Positions 41,033-50,534 of a stretch of DNA of 64,000 nucleotides are shown here, in pieces. Numbering within the stretch: the stretch's first letter is position 1; every line of letters starts with the position of its first letter. The position numbers and the translations under genes are program-made. Location of the stretch: contig JBCBZJ010000002.1 of assembly GCA_039815375.1 (NCBI GenBank), positions 128,001-192,000 of the forward strand. The letters run 5' to 3'. This stretch comes from Verrucomicrobiota bacterium (GTDB taxonomy: Bacteria; Verrucomicrobiota; Verrucomicrobiia; Opitutales; Coraliomargaritaceae). The notes beneath the pieces are model-generated. The model searched no databases. It saw nothing but the letters and a program-made list of their open reading frames with translations, and was not told the origin of the DNA.

Positions 41033-42496
41033 TTACAGCAACGGCACCAGCAGATGCACGAGGTCCTGACTCAATCTTGAGGGTATGAAGGCTGCATCGC
41101 ACATGGCTTCTTGGTAAGTGATACAATCCTTCTCGAGCGCTTGCGCCCACTGGGTTAACATTTGAACATCAGTTGCCGTGTAGTGGGCCAGGGCGATCTC
41201 GAAGTTCACGAATAGGGAACGTATGTCGATATTGGCTGAGCCCATTAGGGCGACAAGGTCATCAGCGAGGATGAGCTTCGCATGCATCATGCGAGGTTTG
41301 TAAAAAAGAATTTCGACTCCAGCGGCATCAAGCTGTTTCAGGGTGCGGTGACGTGCAATATCGGCGAGCCTTTGGTTGGAGTGCAGAGGCAAAATAACCC
41401 GGACCTGTCGTCCAGTGTGTGCTTTGACAATCAGTGACTGCAAAATGACTTCATCCGGAATGAAATAGGGTGTGATGATCGTTAGAGACTGCTTGAATTC
41501 CTGTATAATACGGACCAGCTGTTCCCAAAGTGGGTCGTTAGGAATATCAGGTCCGCTGTTAATGACTTCTATTGTGCTGTTGCCTGCCTCCTCCGGGACG
41601 TATTGCAGAAGCTCGCGATATTGCGCAGGCTTCTCCTCAGCGGCAAAGGCCCAGTCTGCGATAAAGGTGCGCGTCAGCTCGGCGACCGCCGGGCCTTGAG
41701 TGACGACGCTGAAGTCGGTGAATCGATCCGGGTCCGGCCAGTTGCCCAAGAAACGATTGTCTAGATTTTGCCCGCCTGTGATGGCACGAAAATTATCGAA
41801 AATAGCGATTTTGCGATGATTGCGCAAATTGGAGGAAGTCTGTGTCTGCAGCGGCAGCACGGGCATAAACATGGCGACCTCGCCACCGGCTTTTCGTATT
41901 TTGTGACGAGCGAGACGTGTGCAGTTCCAGCTGCCAAGAGAGTCGAGCAAGAGTTTTACGGTTACGCCTTCGCTTGAGCGTTTTGATAAAAGATCGGTGA
42001 CGGCTTTTCCACTTCGATCATTTCCCAGTATATACGTAGCGATGTGGATGGTATGTTCGGCAGCTTCGATTTCTCTGCAAAGCCTTTCAAATGTGGCCTT
42101 ACCGTCAGGAAGAAGTTCACAATAGTTGCCCTTACTGCAGCTTTGCTCCATCTCAGGAGCAAGGACGTAGGGCGAGGGCGTCATCTCTATCTTTTCGGGG
42201 TCTGAAAGCGCACGAGCATGTCGATTGACCTTCGATTTGATACGGGCCATTTTACGACTCTTCCGTCCTCCGAATATGAAGTAGAGCGGCACTCCGACGA
42301 AGGGAAGGAACAGTACGAGCAGCAGCCAGGCGAAAGTATTGCTCGGACTGCGCTTTTCGGCGGAGACACGGCGTATGATCAGTGCGGCACAGACGAGTCC
42401 AAGGATTACTGACAGATTGGTTAGGAGAAAAAGGAGTCCGCTACCGAGTAGATTGATCAGTGATCCGAAAAGGTTAACTTCCAGCCATTTCCACAT
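41033..42496 (-). CDS. cls: Cardiolipin synthase
   Basis: N-terminal TM helices and two HKD motifs (RNHRKIAIFD, MHAKLILAD). Confidence 0.9.
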   Translation of the reverse strand: MWKWLEVNLFGSLINLLGSGLLFLLTNLSVILGLVCAALIIRRVSAEKRSPSNTFAWLLLVLFLPFVGVPLYFIFGGRKSRKMARIKSKVNRHARALSDPEKIEMTPSPYVLAPEMEQSCSKGNYCELLPDGKATFERLCREIEAAEHTIHIATYILGNDRSGKAVTDLLSKRSSEGVTVKLLLDSLGSWNCTRLARHKIRKAGGEVAMFMPVLPLQTQTSSNLRNHRKIAIFDNFRAITGGQNLDNRFLGNWPDPDRFTDFSVVTQGPAVAELTRTFIADWAFAAEEKPAQYRELLQYVPEEAGNSTIEVINSGPDIPNDPLWEQLVRIIQEFKQSLTIITPYFIPDEVILQSLIVKAHTGRQVRVILPLHSNQRLADIARHRTLKQLDAAGVEILFYKPRMMHAKLILADDLVALMGSANIDIRSLFVNFEIALAHYTATDVQMLTQWAQALEKDCITYQEAMCDAAFIPSRLSQDLVHLLVPLL

Positions 42497-42619
42497 GTCT
42501 AATGTTCTATAAGGAAGTTAAAGCATTCATTCTTTCAGGCCAATACTTTTTGAAAAGGTTAATCCGAGGTTGTCGTAGAGCCGCAAATTTGCTCGGGTTG
42601 TGTTTACATCAATTTTCTT

Positions 42620-43399
42620 ATGACAGAACCATCCGAACCCGATCGCGGTCAGCCGCAACAGCAACAGGTCAATCTGCAACAAATTGCCCAGCAGTTTATG
42701 GCTGGACTGCAGCGTCACTTCGACATGTTGGCATTTAACTTGGCGTCACGTGAGAGCGTTCAAGAGGAGGCCTACATTAAATACGCTCAGGCACCTAAGA
42801 TTATGCCGGCAGCTCCGCGACATCAGAACTTTGAGCAAATGCAGGCCTATGCTCGTGACCTGCTTGTCCGTCAGATTATCGGTGACTGTATGAATCTCGC
42901 TGTCACCGGCATGAATAATGCCCATTTTTTCCTCGCGCTGGTGAAATCTACCCAGGCAAATACTCAAGTTTCACCACAAGCACAGCAGGAAGCGCAGAAG
43001 CTGCAGCAAGCCTTTGTCCCCGCACAGCTTGATGAGAAATTCAATAAGTTGGAAAAGGGTTATGGTATCATGTGTGAGCTGGAGGACAGTATCGTGTCTC
43101 TGGGATTTTGCATTCAGGCATTGATGCAACATGGCGGTGTGGTGAAGGAGCCTCAAGTTGACGAAAATGGTGAGCTCGTTATTGAGCTAAAAACTTTGAA
43201 AGTGCTTAGTCGGGGAGCAGAGGAAGGTCAGATTAAGGGTAAACTCGTCGATCAGCGAAAGGTCTTTCAAGAAGGCGAAGTTATTACATTCAGCGATTTG
43301 GAGCTTCAACAGATTCTCGTCACCATTGCCTCTTTCGCCGATGCGCTCTTCAAGTCTGTATCTATCTATACGAAATCGGTAAAAGACGGGACAGATTAG
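42620..43399 (+). CDS. Hypothetical protein, Gln-rich
   Basis: 259-aa ORF filling the gap, gene-like composition. Confidence 0.75.
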   Translation: MTEPSEPDRGQPQQQQVNLQQIAQQFMAGLQRHFDMLAFNLASRESVQEEAYIKYAQAPKIMPAAPRHQNFEQMQAYARDLLVRQIIGDCMNLAVTGMNNAHFFLALVKSTQANTQVSPQAQQEAQKLQQAFVPAQLDEKFNKLEKGYGIMCELEDSIVSLGFCIQALMQHGGVVKEPQVDENGELVIELKTLKVLSRGAEEGQIKGKLVDQRKVFQEGEVITFSDLELQQILVTIASFADALFKSVSIYTKSVKDGTD

Positions 43400-43407
43400 G
43401 CTGGGCA

Positions 43408-44205
43408 ATGAAAGCGCACAGATTGCGTCTAATGACGTTGAATATAGCGCATGGGCGGGGGCTTTCACCTTATCAGGGCTTTCATAGCGCAAAGGGTATC
43501 GAGCGTAATCTGATGCGCATTGCCTTTTTGTTGAAGCAAGTCGAAGCAGACGTTGTTTCAATGCAGGAAGTCGATGAGGATTCGCACTGGAACAAGCGCA
43601 TTCACCTGCTCGATTTTTTGAAGGAGCAAACGGATTATGCGGAAAGCTATCTTGGTGTGCACAATAAGCGTGGCGGACGTTTGCCACTGGCCTACGGAAA
43701 CGGCCTCTTGACGAGATTTCCTATTCGACATGCTGAGCATGTCGCCTTCGGTCAGGCCTCGCTTGGTGAGAAAGGTTTCATGTGTGCTGAGCTTGAAACC
43801 GAGCATGGCATTCTGCCTGTCGTAAACCTTCACCTGGACTTCCGTTCGAGGCAGCGTCGTATCGAGCAGATCGAGTGTCTAATCGAATTTTTGGAAAAAA
43901 AGCAGTTTACGGCTGATCACACGCCACACCTCTCGCCTGTAATTTGTGGTGATTTCAATGCTCGTCAGGGAAAACCTTCCGATGCGGTTCGTCACTTCTT
44001 TAGCTACTTAAAAGATGTTTGCGAATACCAGCTTTACCCAAGTAGTAAGCGAGGCACTTTCCCTTCGATTATGCCGACACACGGGCTGGATTTCTTTTTT
44101 GTTCCGCCGGTGTATCAGGTCAAGCGGTGCGAGGTGCTTCGTTCCTACGTCAGCGATCATCGACCCGTTGTGATCGAACTTTTTTTAGGAAGTGCTTCGT
44201 CCTGA
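43408..44205 (+). CDS. Endonuclease/exonuclease/phosphatase family protein
   Basis: MTLNIAHG, MQEVD, YGNGLL, NLHLD, CGDFN, SDHRPV. Confidence 0.9.
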   Translation: MKAHRLRLMTLNIAHGRGLSPYQGFHSAKGIERNLMRIAFLLKQVEADVVSMQEVDEDSHWNKRIHLLDFLKEQTDYAESYLGVHNKRGGRLPLAYGNGLLTRFPIRHAEHVAFGQASLGEKGFMCAELETEHGILPVVNLHLDFRSRQRRIEQIECLIEFLEKKQFTADHTPHLSPVICGDFNARQGKPSDAVRHFFSYLKDVCEYQLYPSSKRGTFPSIMPTHGLDFFFVPPVYQVKRCEVLRSYVSDHRPVVIELFLGSASS

Positions 44206-44228
44206 TAATAGGTCAGCAAGAAATAGCT

Positions 44229-44765
44229 CTATTCCTGAGCTAGAATAATATCTGCAGGGTCTACTTCGACACTGATTTCACGTCCCAGGATTTCGAGTAG
44301 GAGTTGAATCCGCTGCCCTGATGGGAGCTGGGCCATGACTTTGCCGTTCAAACCTTTCAGCGAGCCTGAGATGCATTCGACTGCGGCACCTGGTTCAATG
44401 CTTGGGTCGGGAGCTTCGATCACACCTTTGGGCAGGCTACTCTTGAGCTCTGCAATAACGGAGTCCGGCACGATGCGGCGTTCTCCGTGTTCCACAATTC
44501 GGGTTACACCCTGACTATGCATGACCTGCCGATTTTGTTCTGCGAAGTCGAACTTTGCGAATATGTAGCCTGGAAATAGTGCTTCGACGAAGCGCTTCTT
44601 TCCTGCGCGTGTTTTTTTTATCTGACTGATACGCGGACAGAGAACCTCAACTTTTTCGATCTGGGCCAATATGGACGCGGCGATATGCTCTCGTTTTGTT
44701 TGAGTGCGGAGGCAATACCAATACAGGCCGGACCTAGGTTTTTCGATATTGGTATTCTCGGTCAT
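44229..44765 (-). CDS. NusG paralogue (RfaH-like transcription antiterminator)
   Basis: NGN domain (WYCLRT, LFPGYIF, GVTRIV) and KOW-like ISGSLKGLNG. Confidence 0.85.
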   Translation of the reverse strand: MTENTNIEKPRSGLYWYCLRTQTKREHIAASILAQIEKVEVLCPRISQIKKTRAGKKRFVEALFPGYIFAKFDFAEQNRQVMHSQGVTRIVEHGERRIVPDSVIAELKSSLPKGVIEAPDPSIEPGAAVECISGSLKGLNGKVMAQLPSGQRIQLLLEILGREISVEVDPADIILAQE

Positions 44766-44848
44766 TGAGTTAATTTGAAGGCTAGTTCGGCAGCATCTGC
44801 TTTCAATCGCAAAGATGCGATCCTGACTCTCTATCTTTTGTTAACTTA

Positions 44849-45015
44849 AACTCCGGTGCAGTTTAAAGCCGCTGTCGCTCAAACGGTGACAGAAAATCAG
44901 GCTCAAGGACTGGAACTACTGGGTCATTCCCCTATGGCAGCCCAGCTGTAACATCTGTATGCTGGATCGAACGGATGCGACTCAGGCGAACGACGCACTC
45001 AATTTTACGGGAGTA
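44849..45015 (-). ncRNA. Structured ncRNA candidate, 6S RNA-like
   Basis: ~167 nt; ends pair (ACTCC/GGAGT, GTGCG/TGCAC, GTCGC/GCGAC), central CTGGG/CCCAG stem, CCTTGAGCC in the 3' arm; folded by eye only. Confidence 0.45.
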
Positions 45016-45022
45016 ACTTGAT

Positions 45023-46741
45023 TTAAAGAGCGTTTCCCGACTTGTCATCGTCCGGTTCTACAATGTTGGACTTTTCTTCTTCTTCTTTAACCGTCTCTTC
45101 TAGTGCAACCGAATTCTCGGGCTCTGTAGGATGGGAAGCTTCTGCAACCACAGGCGGGCGATCAGCTTCTGGAATCTCTTTCTTTTTCGGCTCTGGTAAT
45201 GGTGCTGGCGCAAAGAGTCGTCCATCTCCATACTCTGTTACATAGCCTTCCGTGATCAGCCAGCGCAAGTCCAGCATGAGTTGATTGAGTTTTTTCTGTT
45301 CTGCTTCGGTTAGCTCAACGGTTGGGGTTGCCTGAGTCGAAGCTTCAGCCGATGTGTTTGGTATCTTATCTGGAGCGTCTTCTACAGTTCCGCCGGTATC
45401 TGTTTCAACGGTTTTTGCTGCCGCCGATGCGGCAGCATCCTTCATCTTAAGTTCCTCGGGCTTTTGCTTCTCGGTGTCGACACCGATGTATTCCGTGGGC
45501 AATTTAGAAGCTGGAATTTCCGGGTGCTTTTCAATGTATTCAATCAAATCTCGTATCGAATCTGTGAATACAGTTTTGCTGTCGCGGAATCTGCGCTTTA
45601 CGGCGCAGACATAAGAGACACCTTTGGCACCTTTTTTGTAGACGGCAAATTTATGGCGACGTAAACGCCCCCGGATATTGTTGGCCGAGTCGAGTGGGAA
45701 GTGTTTCTGCTGCTCAATGTAGCTTTCAACCGAACGGCGTAAATTGCCCCGGGGCATACGCTCGATGTCGCGCCCGGCAAAACGGATGCTTTCACCTGAA
45801 CCCACGACTTTGTCCTTGCGATGCATAATTAGGAAATGTCTCGCTGATTCGAGAGTTTCGAAGGACACCGGCTCGCCCTCCTGGCGGTCCTTTACCGTGT
45901 AGCGAGCACCTTTTTTCATGCTTTCCAACCAAGCATCAATATCCTCTTGTTCTTTAGTGCTTTCAATCTTGGATTGAAAGCGTTCGAACGACATGCCGCT
46001 TATCCTTGAGTTGTAATGCTGCTGTAGGAACTCCTGATATCGGTGGTAATTTGGAGGGCCGAGAAGTGCTCCAGTTATGGTGCAACGGTTGACCATCTGG
46101 AAGTTGCCGGAGGGTGCTTCGACCTCGGTTTCTTCTATATCGAAAAACAGGTCGAGGCATTCATTGACGACATAACTGATTGCCTGTTCCTCGCTTTCGA
46201 AAGGGAGATGGCCCGGCACGGAGAAGCAAAGCGTAGACTTGGAGTCAGATGCTTCTCTACTTTTTACTTTCGGAGAGACGACGACTACGTAGCGCTCCGG
46301 CTTTTCCAGAAGTAGGTGGGCAATCTCGAAAAGCTGGTAGGTGCGCGCGCTTGCGCGAAGACGTTTCACGAGAGCGTCAAATGCCTCATCTTGCGGGTAT
46401 AAGTCTACTTTTACAGTTGGCTCGAATATTGGTCGGGTGGGCCTTTGTCGGTTATGATCGCGCTTATCGTGACTACGCCGCTCATACCCACTTCCAGATC
46501 GAGGAGCACTGTTATCGCGTTGTGGTCTGCCCTGAGAACGTCGATCCCGGGAACCTTGCGGAGGGCCGGAACGTCTACCTTTTACTTTCTTACCTCCGCT
46601 ATCGTGAAAGCGTTTTGAATCGGGCGATTTTGAGGTTTTACCATCGGCCCAGTCTGGTCCGAAGTTGAGATCGGAGAGTGAGTTTAGGTCCAGTGAACCT
46701 CCGGTTGCGTCGGGCGCAGGGTCTGCTGTTTTTTCAGCCAT
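45023..46741 (-). CDS. Hypothetical protein with low-complexity termini (572 aa)
   Basis: Long ORF; R/G/S-rich N-terminal region, globular core, E/P-rich tail. Confidence 0.8.
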   Translation of the reverse strand: MAEKTADPAPDATGGSLDLNSLSDLNFGPDWADGKTSKSPDSKRFHDSGGKKVKGRRSGPPQGSRDRRSQGRPQRDNSAPRSGSGYERRSHDKRDHNRQRPTRPIFEPTVKVDLYPQDEAFDALVKRLRASARTYQLFEIAHLLLEKPERYVVVVSPKVKSREASDSKSTLCFSVPGHLPFESEEQAISYVVNECLDLFFDIEETEVEAPSGNFQMVNRCTITGALLGPPNYHRYQEFLQQHYNSRISGMSFERFQSKIESTKEQEDIDAWLESMKKGARYTVKDRQEGEPVSFETLESARHFLIMHRKDKVVGSGESIRFAGRDIERMPRGNLRRSVESYIEQQKHFPLDSANNIRGRLRRHKFAVYKKGAKGVSYVCAVKRRFRDSKTVFTDSIRDLIEYIEKHPEIPASKLPTEYIGVDTEKQKPEELKMKDAAASAAAKTVETDTGGTVEDAPDKIPNTSAEASTQATPTVELTEAEQKKLNQLMLDLRWLITEGYVTEYGDGRLFAPAPLPEPKKKEIPEADRPPVVAEASHPTEPENSVALEETVKEEEEKSNIVEPDDDKSGNAL

Positions 46742-46939
46742 TGTTGTTTGTAAAACGCATCCGTTCCCGGATACGTGGATTTAGATTAGCGAGAATTAGA
46801 TCAGTAGGGGAAAATAAACGCTCTGACAAGCATACGCACTGCCTTTTTTGATCGCATCACAAAATTTCCAATATTTGTGTTGAATTCATAACATAGCTCT
46901 CTATCACCTTCGTCCTTCTGTGAATTTCACATCTTCAAC

Positions 46940-47057
<118 letters not shown>

Positions 47058-47190
47058 TGTTTGAGCAGGGTCTTCGACTGCGCTGCTCTGGTTCTGGGAG
47101 ATGCCGTTCTGAAAACTGCTACAATGCCACTTGCGCGTGCAGTTGATTGCTTCATTCTACCCCAATATGTCCGGTGTTTCTGAATCAATC

Positions 47191-48807
47191 ATGCAGAAAA
47201 GATTTGGTTGGCTTGTCGCTTTACTCCTCCTTCTTGCCAGCTGTGTTCTTGCTTTTCAGGATTTCCGCCTCCTCGCGCTTTGGCCGAGTCTGGTCGCACT
47301 TCTTGTTGTTTTCAGCCTACGCAGCGCAGCTGCAGGTCTTTTTGTAGGAGCTCTTGCTGGTGGGATCTTACTTTCGGAAGGTGCATTTTCAAAGATTCCC
47401 TCAATTCTTTGGTTGGATCAGTTCTGGCCTATCTTTCAGTCAGAGTGGAAGCTAAGTGCGATTGTTTTTACGCTTATTCTAGGCGGTTTTGTCGCATTGA
47501 TTGAAGCGGGTGGTGGGCTTCAAGCATTGCTCAAGATAATAATCGGGACGAGTCAAGCGTCAGCCAAGCGTATGCAGTTAGCGGTCAGTGGATTTGGCCT
47601 GATGGTTTTTTTCGATGGTTTAGCCAACACAATGCTCGTTGGTCGCCTTTTGCGAACCGCTGCAGATCGTGCTGGTGTTTCCCGGGTGAAGCTTGCTTAT
47701 CTGGCGGATGCTACAGGCTCTGCGGTTGCCTGCTTGGCGTTCATCTCAACTTGGATTGCTTTTCAATTGTCGATGATTCGGGAAGGCTTTGCCATGGCTG
47801 GAGAAGAGGTGAATGCCTACAGCTTGTTTTTTCAGTCTCTACCGACTAACTTCTACTGCTGGTTTGCGCTCGTTATGGTCTTTGTTAGTGCCACTCGAGG
47901 GTTTAATCCTGGGCCAATGAAAAGGTTTGAAGAGAAAGCACGCCTGTCTGTTTCAACCCAATTAACTGAAGAAAGTGACGAATCATCCAGCCACTGGGTG
48001 ATGGCAATCGCCCCCATCGCAGTGTTGGTTTTTTCGATTCCTATTTGTAGTTACATGATCGGTGCAGAAAAATTGCTACCCTTCAATTTGCAGAAATTTG
48101 CTGAAGCCTATTCGATCGCTGAGAAGCATGTGCCAAAGATATTGGTTCTATCTAGCTTGATCGCCAGTATTACTGCAGCTGCGGCACTTCTTATTCGGTA
48201 TCGTTCAGTCAACGAGATATCGCAACGAAGGCGGATTGGTAGAACTTTCCTTTCCGGTGTGCGAGATTTAAGCGGGCCAGTTTGCATACTATTGGCGGCT
48301 TGGATGCTTGGTAGCGCAATCAGTCAACTTGGAGCCGCTCAGTATCTCAGCGAAATACTTGAGGGGAATCTGCCGCGCGCGCTTCTACCACTCGCAATCT
48401 TTATCACGGGCGCATTGATTTCTTTTTCAACAGGCACCTCTTGGGGAACAATGGGTGTGCTTATGCCGCTTGCTATTCCTGTGATTTTTGCTCTTACGAA
48501 TGAGACGGAAACAGTGCTTCGCCAGGATATGGTCATCGCGGCGATCGGTGCGGTTTTCAGTGGTGCGGTTTTTGGAGATCACTGTAGTCCCTTTAGTGAC
48601 ACGACGATCGTAGCATCGGTAGCTGCCGGTGTTGAACCGCTTGATCACGTGCGCACGCAAATGCCGTTTGCCCTGATCACTGCCGGGGTCGCCGCTATCT
48701 TTGGATTCGTTCCTCTGGGCTTTGGCTTATCCCCTTTCGTTTCCTTATTGTTAGGGCTTACGCTTCTACTTTTACTTCCAAGCTTTACCCGCAGATGGAC
48801 CAGCTAA
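47191..48807 (+). CDS. NhaC-family Na+/H+ antiporter or amino-acid transporter
   Basis: Many TM helices; FFDG.AN, KLAYLAD.T, ISFSTGTSWGT, GAVFGDHCSP.SDTT, HVRTQMP. Confidence 0.88.
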   Translation: MQKRFGWLVALLLLLASCVLAFQDFRLLALWPSLVALLVVFSLRSAAAGLFVGALAGGILLSEGAFSKIPSILWLDQFWPIFQSEWKLSAIVFTLILGGFVALIEAGGGLQALLKIIIGTSQASAKRMQLAVSGFGLMVFFDGLANTMLVGRLLRTAADRAGVSRVKLAYLADATGSAVACLAFISTWIAFQLSMIREGFAMAGEEVNAYSLFFQSLPTNFYCWFALVMVFVSATRGFNPGPMKRFEEKARLSVSTQLTEESDESSSHWVMAIAPIAVLVFSIPICSYMIGAEKLLPFNLQKFAEAYSIAEKHVPKILVLSSLIASITAAAALLIRYRSVNEISQRRRIGRTFLSGVRDLSGPVCILLAAWMLGSAISQLGAAQYLSEILEGNLPRALLPLAIFITGALISFSTGTSWGTMGVLMPLAIPVIFALTNETETVLRQDMVIAAIGAVFSGAVFGDHCSPFSDTTIVASVAAGVEPLDHVRTQMPFALITAGVAAIFGFVPLGFGLSPFVSLLLGLTLLLLLPSFTRRWTS

Positions 48808-49625
48808 TACCTATAGAGGACTGTTTTGAGGATGTTTTGGGTAAGGCGATAAATGGATTGAGCCTGTCTCCTAAAATCCTTGCTAAGAGACTCTGCACAT
48901 CAGAGGAGTCCATCCTCTCTCTTCTTCGCGGTGAACGTAATGATCTGCTCATGAAGACTCTGGCCAAAGAGCTTTTTCTGGATTTCGAGTCTTTGGTTGT
49001 ATTGGCGAATTGTCCGGCTGCGTCGGATGTTGGATTGCCGCAGGAAGTGACACTTCACAACACCCCATATCCTATTCCGGGTTACGAAGCGATGACGGTA
49101 AACAGTTACTCGATCTCTCCTCCGGGTGCGGCGTGCCATATCTTGATTGATGCTGGAGTGAGTCCCAGCGAATTGTCTGATGAAATTGCAGTTTCAGGCA
49201 TTAGAGCAGATGCGCTTTTGCTGACACACACGCATCATGACCATGTAAAGTATTTTGATGCATTATCGCCAATGTTTGCCCATACCTATGCGCCGGAGCT
49301 TGAGCCTTACAGGGCGGCTACACCGGTTTCTGAAAAGGATTCCATCGAGATTGGCGGAGGTTGGTCTTTGCAAGCCTTGCTGACTGCCGGACATTCACCC
49401 GGCGGCACGACTTACCTGTTGAGAGGAGCCCCGCAACTTGTGGCGTTCGTCGGGGATGCAATCTTTTCTTATTCTATCGGTAAAGCTCATGCGGCCTACG
49501 AAGCGGCACTGTCAGCTATTCGGGGGAAAATACTCAGCTTGCCTGACAATACCATTATCTGTCCGGGTCATGGCCCCCTGACAACTGTCGCTTTTGAGAA
49601 GGCAAATAACCCTTTCTTTGCCTAA
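48795..49625 (+). CDS. MBL-fold metallo-hydrolase
   Basis: THTHHDH, GHSPG, FVGDAIF, CPGHGPLTT...E...NPF. Confidence 0.9.
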   Translation: MDQLIPIEDCFEDVLGKAINGLSLSPKILAKRLCTSEESILSLLRGERNDLLMKTLAKELFLDFESLVVLANCPAASDVGLPQEVTLHNTPYPIPGYEAMTVNSYSISPPGAACHILIDAGVSPSELSDEIAVSGIRADALLLTHTHHDHVKYFDALSPMFAHTYAPELEPYRAATPVSEKDSIEIGGGWSLQALLTAGHSPGGTTYLLRGAPQLVAFVGDAIFSYSIGKAHAAYEAALSAIRGKILSLPDNTIICPGHGPLTTVAFEKANNPFFA

Positions 49626-49684
49626 ACGGGTAATCGCCAAGTGACACGGATTGACAGTTTGGCTCAATCTGTGATCTTTCTGTT

Positions 49685-50251
49685 ATGAGCATCAACGAGG
49701 AGCTAACTCTAGTTCGTGATACCCCAGCTACAATCATACCTGCCGGCGATAATCTCGTGCTTGAGGCGGGCACTCGCGCAACGATTTCGCAGGCGCTCGG
49801 TGGCACAGTGACCATTCGCACAAATTCAGGCCTCTACAGAATCGATGGAAAAGACTGGGATGCTTTGGGAGAAGCGGTTCAGGCTGACCTCAAGGCTTCA
49901 GCAAAAGATCGTGATCGAGCCGTTTCCGATGCGCCTTTTAGTGAGGAACTCGTCTGGGAGGCGATGAAGAACTGCTTCGATCCGGAGATTCCAGTCAATA
50001 TTGTCGATCTCGGACTGATTTATGACCTTCAAGTTGTTGAGCCAGATGCGGAGGGTATGCACGCGATATATGTGAAGATGACGCTCACGGCTCAGGGTTG
50101 TGGGATGGGTCCGGTTATTGCAGACGATGCAAAACAGCAAATCGAAGCATTGCCGACCGTCTCAGGTGCGCAGGTAGATATCGTCTGGGACCCGCCCTGG
50201 ACTCCTCATATGATTTCAGAGGAAGGCCGCCAAAAGCTTGGCCTCGAATAA
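49685..50251 (+). CDS. sufT: SufT-like Fe-S cluster assembly protein (DUF59)
   Basis: TISQALGG, DPEIPVNIVDLGLIY, MTLTAQGCGMG, VWDPPW. Confidence 0.88.
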   Translation: MSINEELTLVRDTPATIIPAGDNLVLEAGTRATISQALGGTVTIRTNSGLYRIDGKDWDALGEAVQADLKASAKDRDRAVSDAPFSEELVWEAMKNCFDPEIPVNIVDLGLIYDLQVVEPDAEGMHAIYVKMTLTAQGCGMGPVIADDAKQQIEALPTVSGAQVDIVWDPPWTPHMISEEGRQKLGLE

Positions 50252-50534
50252 CTTTGCCTCTGGAAAATACGCTAAGGTTAGGGATTCTTGGTGATCGAAT
50301 TCATTTAGTTCGGACTTACTTCTTCGATTAAAATTTTATCTCGATCCGGACTGTTCATCGGGGGTAAGAGCAACCTAGCTTGGCTGCCTTACGTTGGTGG
50401 CTTTAGTGTGTGATGCAGATATGCCGGGGAGCTGTTTATTCGAGCGGATCGACTGCTCGATCACGGTAATCTTCTCAAAGGCAATTTTGTGAAGATAGGT
50501 AATCGATACCTTTACATTTTATGGCTGTAACGTG

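Noticed and set aside
44851..44890. Plus-strand resemblance to a cobalamin riboswitch core (CCGGTGCA...GCTGTCGCTCAAACGGTGA)
   Set aside because: The GGGAA motif and pairing partner are missing and no plus-strand gene follows.
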